Shown: positions 39,591 through 50,880 of the stretch, piece by piece
How positions within the stretch are numbered: the first letter of the stretch is position 1
Layout of the letters: each line of letters opens with the position of its first letter
From: Lytechinus pictus
Taxonomy: Eukaryota
DNA length: 64,000 nucleotides
NCBI RefSeq assembly: GCF_037042905.1
Contig: NC_087252.1
Span: forward strand, 14,386,001 to 14,450,000
Direction: 5' to 3'
The notes under the pieces: generated by a model
Told to the model about the DNA's origin: nothing
What the model saw: only the letters and a program-made list of their open reading frames with translations
The model's database searches: none
Translations under genes and position numbers: made by a program

Positions 39591-40082
39591 CATTGTTAGC
39601 AACAGAGCCTTCAACACTATCCCCATTCAAATCCTTGAAAAAGGTTTCAGCTAACCAGACATCAGTACTCTCCTCTACATCAGCAGATTCCGCATCATCC
39701 TTTTCAGCTCTACGAGTCTAAGACCTAGTAACAACACAATCCGGGAAAATCCCCGGAAAATCTTCCTGCAACAATTCAGTTTCAGCTACCTCAACCGGCT
39801 TCTCTGAAACCACTGGAGATGCAACAACTCTATCTCCAGCCAAGTCGTTACCTAACAAGAAATCAACACCTTCCATGGGTAATTCTGGAACGACACCAAC
39901 AGTCACAGGACCAATAACTAGGTCACACTTTAAGTCGACCTAATGCAAAGGAACCGACATGAAATTTGGGCCAATACCTTGAATTAAGACTTCGGCATTC
40001 TCTGAACTCTCCGGAGGAATAGCCAAATGCACTGGCACCATCAGGGACTGTGCAGCCCCTGTATCCCTAAGGATTACCACAT
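39591..40082 (-). pseudogene. pol: Aspartic protease and linker, copy 1
   Basis: VILRDTGAAQSL...VPLH*VDLKCDLVIGPVTVGVV...DFLLGNDLAG. Confidence 0.85.
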
Positions 40083-41437
40083 GACCTACCAGCAGCACCA
40101 GTCGAACAAGGGGATACTTCACCATCATACAAGAAGCTTCTAAAGGTTTCATCAACCTGCTTGACTTTATCAGCAAATACCAGAGAAACACTATCAACAT
40201 CTCGATTGGGTTCTGATGGGACAAACTCCATCGAGGGAACACTTGTTTGCTTGACAAAACCCATGTCTTTCTTAACTTTGGTTGGCATTCTAACCAATTT
40301 CCAACATGATTCTTTAAAATGTCCCGATTTATGACAATGAGTACAAATTTTGGAACTACGACTCTCATACCTTTTGGTTGATTCTGTGCCCCCACTAGCC
40401 TGATTCTTGTTAGTGTCTTTGTCCTTGCTTGCATATTTTCCCTCACCAGGTTTATTGTGGGATTCAAATGACCCTTTACCTTTCTTTTTCCAATAATTCT
40501 TGAAAGGAGGCCTATCTCCACTACCTTTATGTGTGACCTCAAATTCATCAGCTACTATGGCTGCTTTACTGACTTCAGTAACTCTATGGTCATCTAAGTG
40601 AGATTTAATGCCAAAAGGAAGACTCTTTTTGAATTCTTCTAGGAGGACAACTTCCCTAAGGTGAACAAAGTCTTTGTCAACTTTCAGTGATCTGTACCAC
40701 TTATCGAACATCATCTCTTGTTCCCTAGCAAATTCAACATACGTCTGGCCTGATTGTCTTTGCATATTCCTAAACTTATGTCTGTACGCTTCTGGTACCA
40801 ACTCATATGCATTGAGAATTGTTTCTTTCACTGTAGCGTAGTCACATGATTGCATTTCAGAGAGCGAAGAATAGACTTTTGCAGCCTTTCCAACAAAAAC
40901 ACTTTGGAGGAGAAGAGTCCAGTATTCCTCTGGCCAATTTAGGCTCTTGGCCACTTTTTCAAATGACACAAAATATGTATCAACTCCCTCTTCATCAAAT
41001 TTTGGCACAAGGCGATTTTTTTTCGCCACATCAAAGCCTTGGGGAGATTTATCTTTAATAGAGTTAGTATTAGTATTTGCATGAGCTAACTCCATTTCTT
41101 TCAATTTCAACTGGTACTCCAATCTCATCTTCTCCATTTCAATGTTTTCTCTGATTCTTTCCTTTTCAAGTTTTTTTTTTATTTTTTCCTTTTCCAATTC
41201 AATTTTTGCCAGTTGGATCTGAGAATCCTCTGACATATTGACTGAAGTTTCAGACTCCTCTGTAAGCTTCATGTGACTAGCTAACAAGTCAATTATCTCT
41301 GCCTTCTTTAAACCTGGGGCTAGAGATACACCCAAATGATCACAAACTGTTATCAAATCATCTTTCTTCAGTGACTTCAAATGGTCATATGACAATTCTG
41401 TCATTGCAAGAAATTCTTCAACATCAAATGTAGCCAT
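40067..41437 (-). CDS. gag: Gag of the Gmr1-like retrotransposon (456 aa open frame; coiled coil, SCAN-related capsid, CCHC knuckle)
   Basis: RLVPKFDE..YFVSFEKVA..W..W..LLQ..GKA..Y..L..YELVPEAYRHKFR; CTHCHKSGHFKESC. Confidence 0.88.
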   Translation of the reverse strand: MATFDVEEFLAMTELSYDHLKSLKKDDLITVCDHLGVSLAPGLKKAEIIDLLASHMKLTEESETSVNMSEDSQIQLAKIELEKEKIKKKLEKERIRENIEMEKMRLEYQLKLKEMELAHANTNTNSIKDKSPQGFDVAKKNRLVPKFDEEGVDTYFVSFEKVAKSLNWPEEYWTLLLQSVFVGKAAKVYSSLSEMQSCDYATVKETILNAYELVPEAYRHKFRNMQRQSGQTYVEFAREQEMMFDKWYRSLKVDKDFVHLREVVLLEEFKKSLPFGIKSHLDDHRVTEVSKAAIVADEFEVTHKGSGDRPPFKNYWKKKGKGSFESHNKPGEGKYASKDKDTNKNQASGGTESTKRYESRSSKICTHCHKSGHFKESCWKLVRMPTKVKKDMGFVKQTSVPSMEFVPSEPNRDVDSVSLVFADKVKQVDETFRSFLYDGEVSPCSTGAAGRSCGNP

Positions 41438-41630
41438 GGTGGAATATACAGAAATACATGCAAGTAATTAACACAGTACAGTATCTTCTAGAACTTTCCA
41501 AAAATTTCCAAAATGTTTTCAATTCAAATTTGCTCTTGTTTCAAATTGTCTTTCGTCTCAAGTTGGTTTTCGTTTCCCGAAAAACTGGTTTTATTTTCAG
41601 ATTGGCTTGTTGTGCAAATTGGCTTTCGTT

Positions 41631-41647
41631 TCCCGGACAAGCCCCTA
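41631..41647 (-). other. Primer-binding site, tRNA-Pro-like (degenerate), copy 1
   Basis: Minus strand TAGGGGCTTGTCCGGGA vs TGGGGGCTCGTCCGGGA (complement of the tRNA-Pro 3' end), a few nt inside the 5' LTR; same at 55734-55750. Confidence 0.75.
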
Positions 41648-41655
41648 AAATTATT

Positions 41656-44472
41656 TGTTACGATACTGCAACAAATAACAATGAAATATTTTTGAGTGTT
41701 GAAGTTGAATTTCCTTTTTTCATTACAGAAAATTAATTATACATTTACAATTCATGAATTGAGAATGGTCTTACGTCTCTTGATATTGCGATAATAATCC
41801 AAATGATAGTATCCAGATAAAAGTCCACAATGATGGCGATGATGAAACTGATGTTGAAGCTCGATGAATAACAAGAGTCACTGTAACGAGTTGAAATGTC
41901 CGTGAAGACGATGTTGATGATGATTAACAGTCAATTTCAACAATCCATGGGTTGAAAAGCGTTCATTGAACAGGTTGATGATCTCGATGAGAACTGAGAA
42001 AATTCCTCTCTCAAAATAACTGAAAGCAGTTCATTCAGTGGCGCATCGTGGGTCACGGCAATGGGGGGGGCACCAGCAAAAATTTCGAGTCACTTAGTGA
42101 GCGCGCGAAGCGCGCTGAGTTGCCAGGTATACTGACCTAATAGAGACATTTTAAGGACATGCAGTGCCATTAAACGGATATGTATCTCACTAATTAAATA
42201 ATGCGAGCGCGAAGCGCGAGCTGAAAATTTTTAGACCTAAAAAAGGACATTATAAGCAATTTTTTGTAATCATGATACGTACCGGATCCCTAAACAAACA
42301 ATGCGAGCGCGAAGCGCGAGCTGAAATTTTTGTATAATTATATTGACATTAAACAGGGAAATTTTAACGATTATTTTTTTTGGAATCCATTTAAAGCATA
42401 AATATCTCACCATAGTCATCTAATGCTAGTGCCATGCTTTGCTGATTTTATTAGAAAAAAGTACATCTTAACACATGAAGTCATTGTAATCATGATTAAC
42501 ATACACATCTCACTAATCAATTATTGCGAGCGCGAAATGCGAGATGAAAATTTAGGAAATTAAGACCTGAAATGGAGCATTTTAAGGCTTGTTTGTAGGA
42601 ATTCATGAACGTATTTCACTAACCAAATGATGCGAGCGCGAAGCTCGAGCTGAAAGTTTTGTATAATTATATTGACATTAAACAGGGACATTTTATTGAT
42701 TATTTTTTTTGGAATCCATTTAAAGCATACATATCTCACCATAGTCATCTAATGCTAGTGCCATGCTTTGCTGATTTTATTAGAATTACATCTCAACACA
42801 TGAAGTCATTGTAATCATGATTATCATACACATCTCACTAATCAATTATTGCGAGCGCGAAATGCGAGATGAAAATTTAGGAAATTAAGACCTGAAATGG
42901 AGCATTTTAAGGCTTGTTTGTAGGAATTCATGAACGTATTTCACTAACCAAATGATGCGAGCGCGAAGCTCGAGCTGGAATTTTTGTATATATTGAATTC
43001 AAACATGGACATTTTAAGGACTATTTTTCAGGAATCCATTAAGAGTATACATATTTCACCATAGACATCTACTGCGAGTGTCAAGCGCGGCTGCTTCGCT
43101 GATTTTGTTAGAATTACATCTAAACACATGAAGCACTTTTTGTAATCATTGTAATCATGATTATCATACGCATCTCACTAATCGAATTGCGGGCGCTAAA
43201 CGCGAGCTGAAAATTTAGAAAATTCAGACCTAAAGAGGGGCATTCTAAGGCTTGTTTGTAGGAATTCACTAAGATCGTAAGTATTTCACTAACCAAATGA
43301 TGCGAGCGCGAAGTGCGAGCTGAAAATTTGTATTATTCAGATCAGAAAAATTGACATTTTGAGGACTGATTTTAGGAATTCATGAAGAGCAGACACCTCA
43401 CCATTCAACTAATGCGAACGTAAGCACGAACAGGAAATGTTTTATACTAAGACCTTTTAGTAGTCATGAAAAAGAAGCATAGTATTATCACTATTACCTA
43501 AAACAATAATAACTCGAATTGCGAGGAAACATATTTGGTGTATATTGACTTGAAAACGGGAAGTTTTAGTACAACAGGATTATATATCTCGTTAAACTGT
43601 CTATGCGAGCACCAGGAACAATGAAGACACATGCCCTGAGCAAATAATGTTTCATAAAGTTATGAATAAAAACTTCTTATGTAATATAACAGAACATAAT
43701 ATAATATAACATTATAATGAACAATAATTTATTCTTTCCCACTACGTTTCTCTTCCTTTCTCCCTCTTTTTCTCCCTTTTCCCTTTTCCCTTTTTTTTTT
43801 GCCAGACGATTGGGGGGGGGGGGGGCACGTGCCCCCATGCCCCCCGTACTTACGCCACTGAGTTCATTGATGGCGGGCAAATAATTCCACAGAAGATAAA
43901 TATTCTAGGTGGAAATAAACTCTGCTCTGACATAAAGTCTGGCGTAAAACTCTGAGTTCTGATCTGATGTGATGAAGTGATCTGATATGATCAAGTGATA
44001 TAATATGATATGATGAAGTCCTTGTAGAAACTGCAGTTTATATATACACATTTTAACTATTCTAGATCATTCTAGTATTCACTATTATAGAGGCTTCTAT
44101 ATAGTATTCACTATTATTGAAGGTTCTAGTATTGTCTATAAAAAAACATTCTCCTTTCAGGAGCAGTCAAATTCCAGAAGACTCTTGAATGATCTCATTG
44201 AAATCAACAGTGTCAATAAAATAGCTAAGCCTATTGTTAATTTCCACTACTACTGGAATCATATTGTTCTCTTCCACAGCCTGAGGAATCTATTGTTTGC
44301 TTTTTCGTATTCAAAAATAAAACTCCTTGGCCTTAAAATAGGCAAAAGGCCTGCAGAACAAAACCTTTTACAAACACGTTCTCGAATGTTCATTCTTGGC
44401 TATCTATCCTTAACGAGAAGATCACTAAATAAATGAATGTAATTGCTCTTCCAATTCTTCTTCTATATAACA
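41656..44472 (-). repeat. 5' LTR of copy 1 (contains nested hAT-like element)
   Basis: TGTTACGATACTGC...CTATATAACA; direct repeat of 34923-36480 apart from the insertions. Confidence 0.92.
42036..43860. mobile_element. hAT-like non-autonomous element, 8 bp TSD
   Basis: AGTTCATT|CAGTGGCGCA...TACGCCACTG|AGTTCATT; internal tandem units with GCGAGCGCGAAGCGCGAGC; empty site in the 3' LTR at ~35867. Confidence 0.88.
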
Positions 44473-44549
44473 ATATATATATATATATATATATATAGGA
44501 ATTTTCCTCACCTCACCGCTGGTCTAAGTTGATACATTTCAACTAAACG

Positions 44550-44576
<27 letters not shown>

Positions 44577-44580
<4 letters not shown>

Positions 44581-45195
44581 GTGTAAAGTTATACATGTAC
44601 AACAGCTTTGGCAACTCTTTTTATTTAAATATTGTAAAGAAATGGATGAAGAGAACAATGGTAGGCGTAGCTTAAATCAAGGTTCCCCAGAGCTATCTAC
44701 CCTTTGGAAAATTGGTAATGCCGAAAAAATGTCTCTGCCGGGAATCGAACCCGGGCCCCCAGCTTTGAACGCCGGTGCCTTAACCACTAGACCACAGAGA
44801 CGGGTTAGTGGCTAGGGCGACCCCGATCCGATTGACCGTCAGATAGACAAATTTTCGACACTATACCAATTATAATTTCCTTTGTCGGGTGAAGGTGGGT
44901 TTCGAACAATGGCAAGCCGCCATGCTTCAGCTGGATCAAAGCTATTGCTTTGATACAGTACACGTAGGGGGAACGTATACAAATGTGTAAAGTTATACAT
45001 GTACAACAGCTTTGGCAACTCTTTTTATTTAAATATTGTAAAGAAATGGATGAAGAGAACAATGGTAGGCGTAGCTTAAATCAAGGTTCCCCAGAGCTAT
45101 CTACCCTTTGGAAAAATTGGTAATGCCCCAGATAGCTCTGGGGAACCTTGATTTAAGCTACGGCTACCATTGTTCTCTTCATCCATTTCTTTACA

Positions 45196-45199
<4 letters not shown>
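44577..45199. mobile_element. (TA)n-embedded element: 404 bp monomer plus partial direct repeat plus inverted repeat (Penelope-like architecture)
   Basis: 44577-44722 is repeated at 44981-45127; 45130-45199 is the reverse complement of ~45033-45102; absent from the paralogous TA tract at ~58335-58372. Confidence 0.75.
44730..44801 (-). tRNA. tRNA-like gene, complete cloverleaf, anticodon TCA (opal suppressor-like), followed by T6
   Basis: GTCTCTG TG GTCT AGTGGTTA AGGC A CCGGC GTTCAAA GCTGG GGGC CCGGG TTCGATT CCCGG CAGAGAC A then TTTTTT; all four stems pair; A and B boxes intact; G32 is atypical. Confidence 0.7.
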
Positions 45200-45226
<27 letters not shown>

Positions 45227-45228
45227 CA

Positions 45229-48200
45229 TCAGTACCAGACATAAGTATTAGGGAAGTACTTTCACTTTCGTACCTAGTACCTAATTATCTTTAAGTTTAA
45301 AGTATATAAACTAATAAAGAGCAGAGTGGGAACTAAGTCAATGATTGTCAGATCTAATTTGTGTAAGCCGCTAATTCAGAAAATTTAATTTTGAATCTTC
45401 GACACGATTACTATCTTCTTTTGAACTTCGTAGATGGACATCTTTCAAGATTAACAAAACAATGTGAGAATATTTTCTTTTGATATATTTGTTGTATTAA
45501 AGACGTTGTTTGCATCATTGAACAATAGTCCTAGAAAATGAGGGTTCTGCGTGTTATTCACAACTGGCAGCATCCCTTGGAAATCAGGTAGGTATGCTAA
45601 AAAGCAAAAATAAAAAAAGAGTCGACTTCATTTTTTCAAGATTATTTTTATTCTTTCTTTTTTTTATATTTATGTTTTGTCTTTGTTCCTTTTTGTGGCT
45701 TGTCATTTTTTTCCTGGACAAAAATCACCTTCCTTTTGTAACGCCACTATTTTTTTTTTATTATTATAATTTTACTTCTCAAATTTCGACCAGTACTCGG
45801 TTTTGAAAATCATTCTCAGGGCCCGGCATCATAAAAGTATTCTATCGACCTAAATTCATTTTAGTTTTTACCCAATGACAATGGAATGAATTACGAACTT
45901 TTCATTATTTCTAGAAGTCATTGTTGTATTTAAAGAACAAAACAATGTACAAAAGGTATATTAACAAACAAAACACTATCTTAAACAAACACGAACTATC
46001 CTGTCACTTATTAACAAAAATCCATACATATTACCATTATATCAAAAAGTGCTGCGTGCGATGTATCTCTATTTACATAGGCATCAGTTTTATATTATAT
46101 CTTGAATATTATCGATATTTGTATTAACCTCTTAAAATACCCATGAATATTTGAAGAAACATAGCCCTGTCATCTTGACACCGGTGTCTTTCGATTTTGT
46201 GATTAAATGCGATAATAACTTACTATTTAAATCTATTTCCTCAAAATGTTGCACGATACGCTAAGTCTTAGGTGTCTACAGAGCGTCCATTGTCTGAAAC
46301 TGAGGCACTACGCGCTATATTCTAAGCCTCACGTATGACATCATCTTTATATAGCTGCAATCTATAAACAGATATTCTCTGAAAAATGTAAGTCAAAATG
46401 TTAAAATAAACTATCCTGTCACTTATTAACAAACATCGATACATATTACCATTATATCAAAACGTACTGCGTGCGATGTATTTCAATTTACATAGGCATC
46501 AGTTTCATATCATTTCTTGAATATTATCGATATTTGTATTAACCTCTTAAAAAAACCCATGAATATTGAAGAAAAATAGTCCTGTCATCTTGACACCTGT
46601 GTCTTTTAATTTTGTGATTAAATGCGATAATTACTCACTATTTAAATTTATTTCCTCAAAATGTTGCACGATACGCTAAGTCTTAGGTGTCTACAGAGCG
46701 TCCATTGTCTGAAACCGAGGCACTACGCGCTATATTCTAAGCCTCACGTATGACATCATCTTTATACAGCTGCAATCCATAAACAGAAATTCTCTGAAAA
46801 ATCTAAGTCAAAATGTTACAAAAAAAAATCAGTTATATCATGTGAAATCCTACATGTCTCTCTAGAAACGGCTTTTTCTCTTGATGAATGTTGTGACAAA
46901 TCTAAAAAAAATCACCATTCATTTTCTATCGTCAGGTTTTTATGAGATTTGAACAATCATATGACAAGCTCCTCTGCCTCAGATAAATCAAAGTAGGGGC
47001 CCCGGGTCTAATTCTAGGCAAATAATTTTCTTCAAACTCACCAAAATGTAGACAAAATGGATGCTAGGTCTGGAAACATTTATTACAATAAAAGCTACGT
47101 CTACCATTCTTCTCTTTTCCCATTCAATTCATAACATACAATTTAAAATAAACATTAGAACATTAGGCTTAGAATATAGCGCATAAATAAATCTTAATAG
47201 TCAGTAATTATCGCATTTAATCACAAAATCGAAAGACATGGGTGTCAAGGTGACAGGGCATTTTTTTTTATATATTCACTGTTTTTTTCTAAGAGGTTAA
47301 TACAAATATTGATAATATTAAAGGAATGATATGAAACTGATATGATAAGTAAATATAGATACAATGCACGTAATTAACACTTTGAAAAAGCCTTGGGAAT
47401 TAAAAAATATACAACATGTGGGTATTTTGTGACATATAATCTTACTTTAGGGTCTCATCTATCCAATGCAAGTAAACGTTTTGACAGAATGTTACACTTG
47501 AGTAAGCACTGTCCATTTTTGTAAAGCTCGCAGAAATCTGTTTGCGAAACCTGAAATGCTCGTCTTCACGCTGTGTCAAGGAGAAAGGGCGAAATCAAAT
47601 TAACCCTGCGAAACATTTCTCATACATTTCTTTTGCCTTTTAGTCAATAGAAATTAGACAGATACATTCAAGCATTTTGTAACAATTTTTTCCGCCCAAA
47701 TTGAAATTTCAACACTTAGTAAGCACAACCTTTTACCCTTTTTGTGCCAGCTGGATCTGAGGACATAACTAAATCTGAATAAAAGTTTATATCAGACATC
47801 TCTAGCATTTTTTAACCTAAGTTATTATCATTTAAAGAGGGTTTACATTTCATTTTTATTTAATTCTTGTTTCTCCACACCTTTTCCAAGCTTTACAATG
47901 ATTAACAAAATAAAAATCAAGCCTTAGCAATTTCATGTAAATCACAGCTCTGTGTAAAGCAAATATCGTCCCAATTGCCTCGGTGTGTGGGGGAGTGGAA
48001 TGGGGCGCAATGCACTTTTTGAAGTGTTTTGGGCAAGGAAACAAGATTTAAAAGCTAAAATATATCTTCAAATCAATTTCAATAGATAAATTGAACGTGT
48101 TCTTCATGATTAAGGTCTACTTTTACTCGCATAACTATTTCAAAGTTCTGCGCAAATCATTTTTCACTAACTTTTCAAAAGTAAGCGGTGCTCACTCAAG

Positions 48201-49074
48201 CGGAAATATTTTTCGACAGTTATATCGTCATTTGCTTAAATGGACCTGTACCAGTGTTACAATGTGGAAAAATCTTCAGTATATTACATATGTATAAGTT
48301 TACAATAATTTTTTCTAAGTGGAAACTTTTTTTATACGCACTGTACAGTAATATGTGTGGATGTTTGTTTATTAGTGACACGATTGTCCGTGTTTGTTTA
48401 AGGTGGGTGTTTTATTTACTTATTATAAATTTGGTTCAATGTTTTGTTCTTTGAATGCAACAATGACTTCTAGAAATAATGAAAAGTTCGTAATTCATTC
48501 CATTGTCATTTGCTAAATGATAAAATGAATTTGGGCCGATGAAATACCTGTATGATGCCGGGCCCTGATCTGATAATCATTTTCAATATAGGTGCAATTT
48601 GACAAGTAAACAAAAAAATAGTGCGGATCTGCGCTATAAATGTGATTTTTGTCCAGAAAAAAATGAAATGCCACCATAAAAAAGAAAGAAAAAAAAAAAA
48701 ACGAACAAATAAAGTACTTTTTGTTCAATTTATGCTATTTAGCATACCTAACTGATTTTCAAGGGATGCTGCCAGCTGTGAATAACAAGGAGAACCCTCA
48801 CTTTCTAGGGCTATTGTTCAATGATGCAAACAACGTCTTTAATACAACAAATATATCAAACGAAAATATTTTCAGATTGCTTCGTTATTCTTTAGAAATG
48901 TCAATCTAGGAAGTTAAAAAGCAGATAGTAATTGTGTCGAAGATTCAACATTAAATTCTCTGATTTAGCGGCTTACACAAATTAGATCTGACAACCATTG
49001 ACTTTCCCATTCTGCTCCTTATTTCTTTATAAACTTTAAACATGAAGATATTCTATTAACATCTATCTTGATAT

Positions 49075-49075
<1 letters not shown>
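45229..49075. repeat. Second copy of the TCAGTACCA-family fold-back block with Tc1-like MITE
   Basis: Collinear with ~30835-34910. Confidence 0.85.
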
Positions 49076-49131
<56 letters not shown>

Positions 49132-49344
49132 ACGATACTGCAACAAATAACAATGAAATATTTTTGAGTGTTGAAGTCGAATTTCCTTTTCTATTACAGG
49201 TAATTAATTATACATTTACAAATCATAAATTGAGAATGGTCTTACGTCTTTTGAGATTGCGATAATAATCCAAATGATAGTATCCAGATAAAAGTCCACA
49301 ATGATGGCGATGATGAAACTGATGTTGAAGCACGATGAATAACA

Positions 49345-49886
49345 GGTTACACTTCGTAATTCCGAAGGTTCTTTATTCCGAAGGTTCGTAATTCCGAAAG
49401 ACGTAAATTGCCTATACCTCGATGTTCGTTAATCTAAAAACGTAAAAGGGTTCGTTAATCCGAACATTTGTGGCGTTATTCCGAAGGTTCGATAATCCGA
49501 AAACGAAATAAGGTTCAATATTCCGAAGGTTCGTTAATCCGAAAACGAAATAAGGTTCGTTGTTCCGAAGGTTCGTTAATCCGAAAACGAAATAAGGTTC
49601 GTTGTTCCGAAGGTTCGCTACTCCGAAAACGAAATAAGGTTCGTTTATCATTTTGTTTTCGGACTAACGAATCTTCGGAATTACGAACCTCATTTCGTTT
49701 TCGGATTAACGAGCATTCGGAATTACGAACCTCCTTTCGTTTTCGGACTAACGAACCTTCGGAATTAGGAACCTTATTTCGTTTTCGGATTAACAAACCT
49801 TCGGAATTACGATCCTTCGGAAATACGAACCTTCGGAATAACCGAACCTTCGGAATAACGAAGCTTCGGAATTACGAATGTATGCG
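49345..49886. mobile_element. Fold-back MITE (paralog of 35140-35697)
   Basis: Same GAATAACA TSD and the same position in the 3' LTR. Confidence 0.85.
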
Positions 49887-50880
49887 GAATAACAAGAGTC
49901 ACTGTAACGAGTTGAAATGTCCGTGAAGACGATGTTGATGATGATTAACAGTCAATTTCAACAATCCATGGGTTGAAAAGCGTTCATTGAACAGGTTGAT
50001 GATGTTGATGATCTCGATGAGAACTGAGAATTCCTCTCTCAAAATAACTGCAAACAGTTCATTGATGGCGGGCAAATAGTTCCACAGAAGATAAATATTC
50101 CAGGTGGAAATAAACTCTGCTCTGACATAAAGTCTGGCGTGAAACTCTGAGTTCTGATCTGATGTGATGAAGTGATCTGATATGATCAAGTGATCTAATA
50201 TGATATGATGAAGTCCTTGTAGAAACTGCAGTTTATATATACACATTTCAACTATTCTAGATCATTTTAGTATTCACTATTCTAGAGGCTTCTATATAGT
50301 ATTCACTATTATTGAAGGTTCTAGTATTGTCTTAAAAAAAAAACATTCTCCTTTCAGGAGCAGTCAAATTCCAGAAGACTCTTGAATGAGCTCATTGAAA
50401 TCAACAGTGTCAATAAAATAGCTAAGCCTATTATTAATTTCCACTGCTACTGGAATCCTATTGTTCTCTTCCACTGCCTGAGGAATCTATTGTTTGCTTT
50501 TCCCTATTAAAAAATAAGACTCCTTTGCCTTTAAATAGGCAAGAGGCCTGCAGAACAAAAGCTTTTACAAACACGTTCTCGAATGTACTTTATTATTCTT
50601 GGCTATCCTTAACGAGAAGATCACTAAATAAATGAACGTAATTGCTCTTACAATTCTTGTTCCATATAACACCTCCCCCACCGGAGAAAAGAAAGCTTTA
50701 CCGTAGTAAAGGTTTCTTTAAGATTACTTTTTTCCTTTTAACTGTTCAAAGTCATCCTGATAAATTGTTTACAGTTATCGTGTACAAATGTGTACTACAC
50801 AAACATGTTTAAATAAATGAACATCAAAGACACTTTCTTCAAATGACACACTTGGTCAAAATCATGAATAATTTCACTTT

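Larger units (their letters stand above)
34923..44472 (-). mobile_element. Gmr1-like Gypsy LTR retrotransposon, copy 1 (defective)
   Basis: TG...CA LTRs at 34923-36480 and 41656-44472; PBS and PPT present; domain order gag-PR-IN-RT-RH; inserted in (TA)n. Confidence 0.95.

Noticed and set aside
39940..40082. Programmed frameshift or readthrough at gag/PR and at VPLH*
   Set aside because: Shared by both copies, but the copies derive from a DNA duplication of an already mutated element; no clear slippery site, so simple decay suffices.
44730..44801. tRNA-Sec assignment
   Set aside because: Short variable loop and standard 7/5 fold; tRNA-Sec needs a long variable arm and a 9/4 fold.
44800..44935. 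Hammerhead or HDV-like ribozyme in the tRNA-bearing monomer
   Set aside because: CTGAAGC...CGAAAC lacks the CUGANGA core, and I could not build an HDV double pseudoknot by eye.
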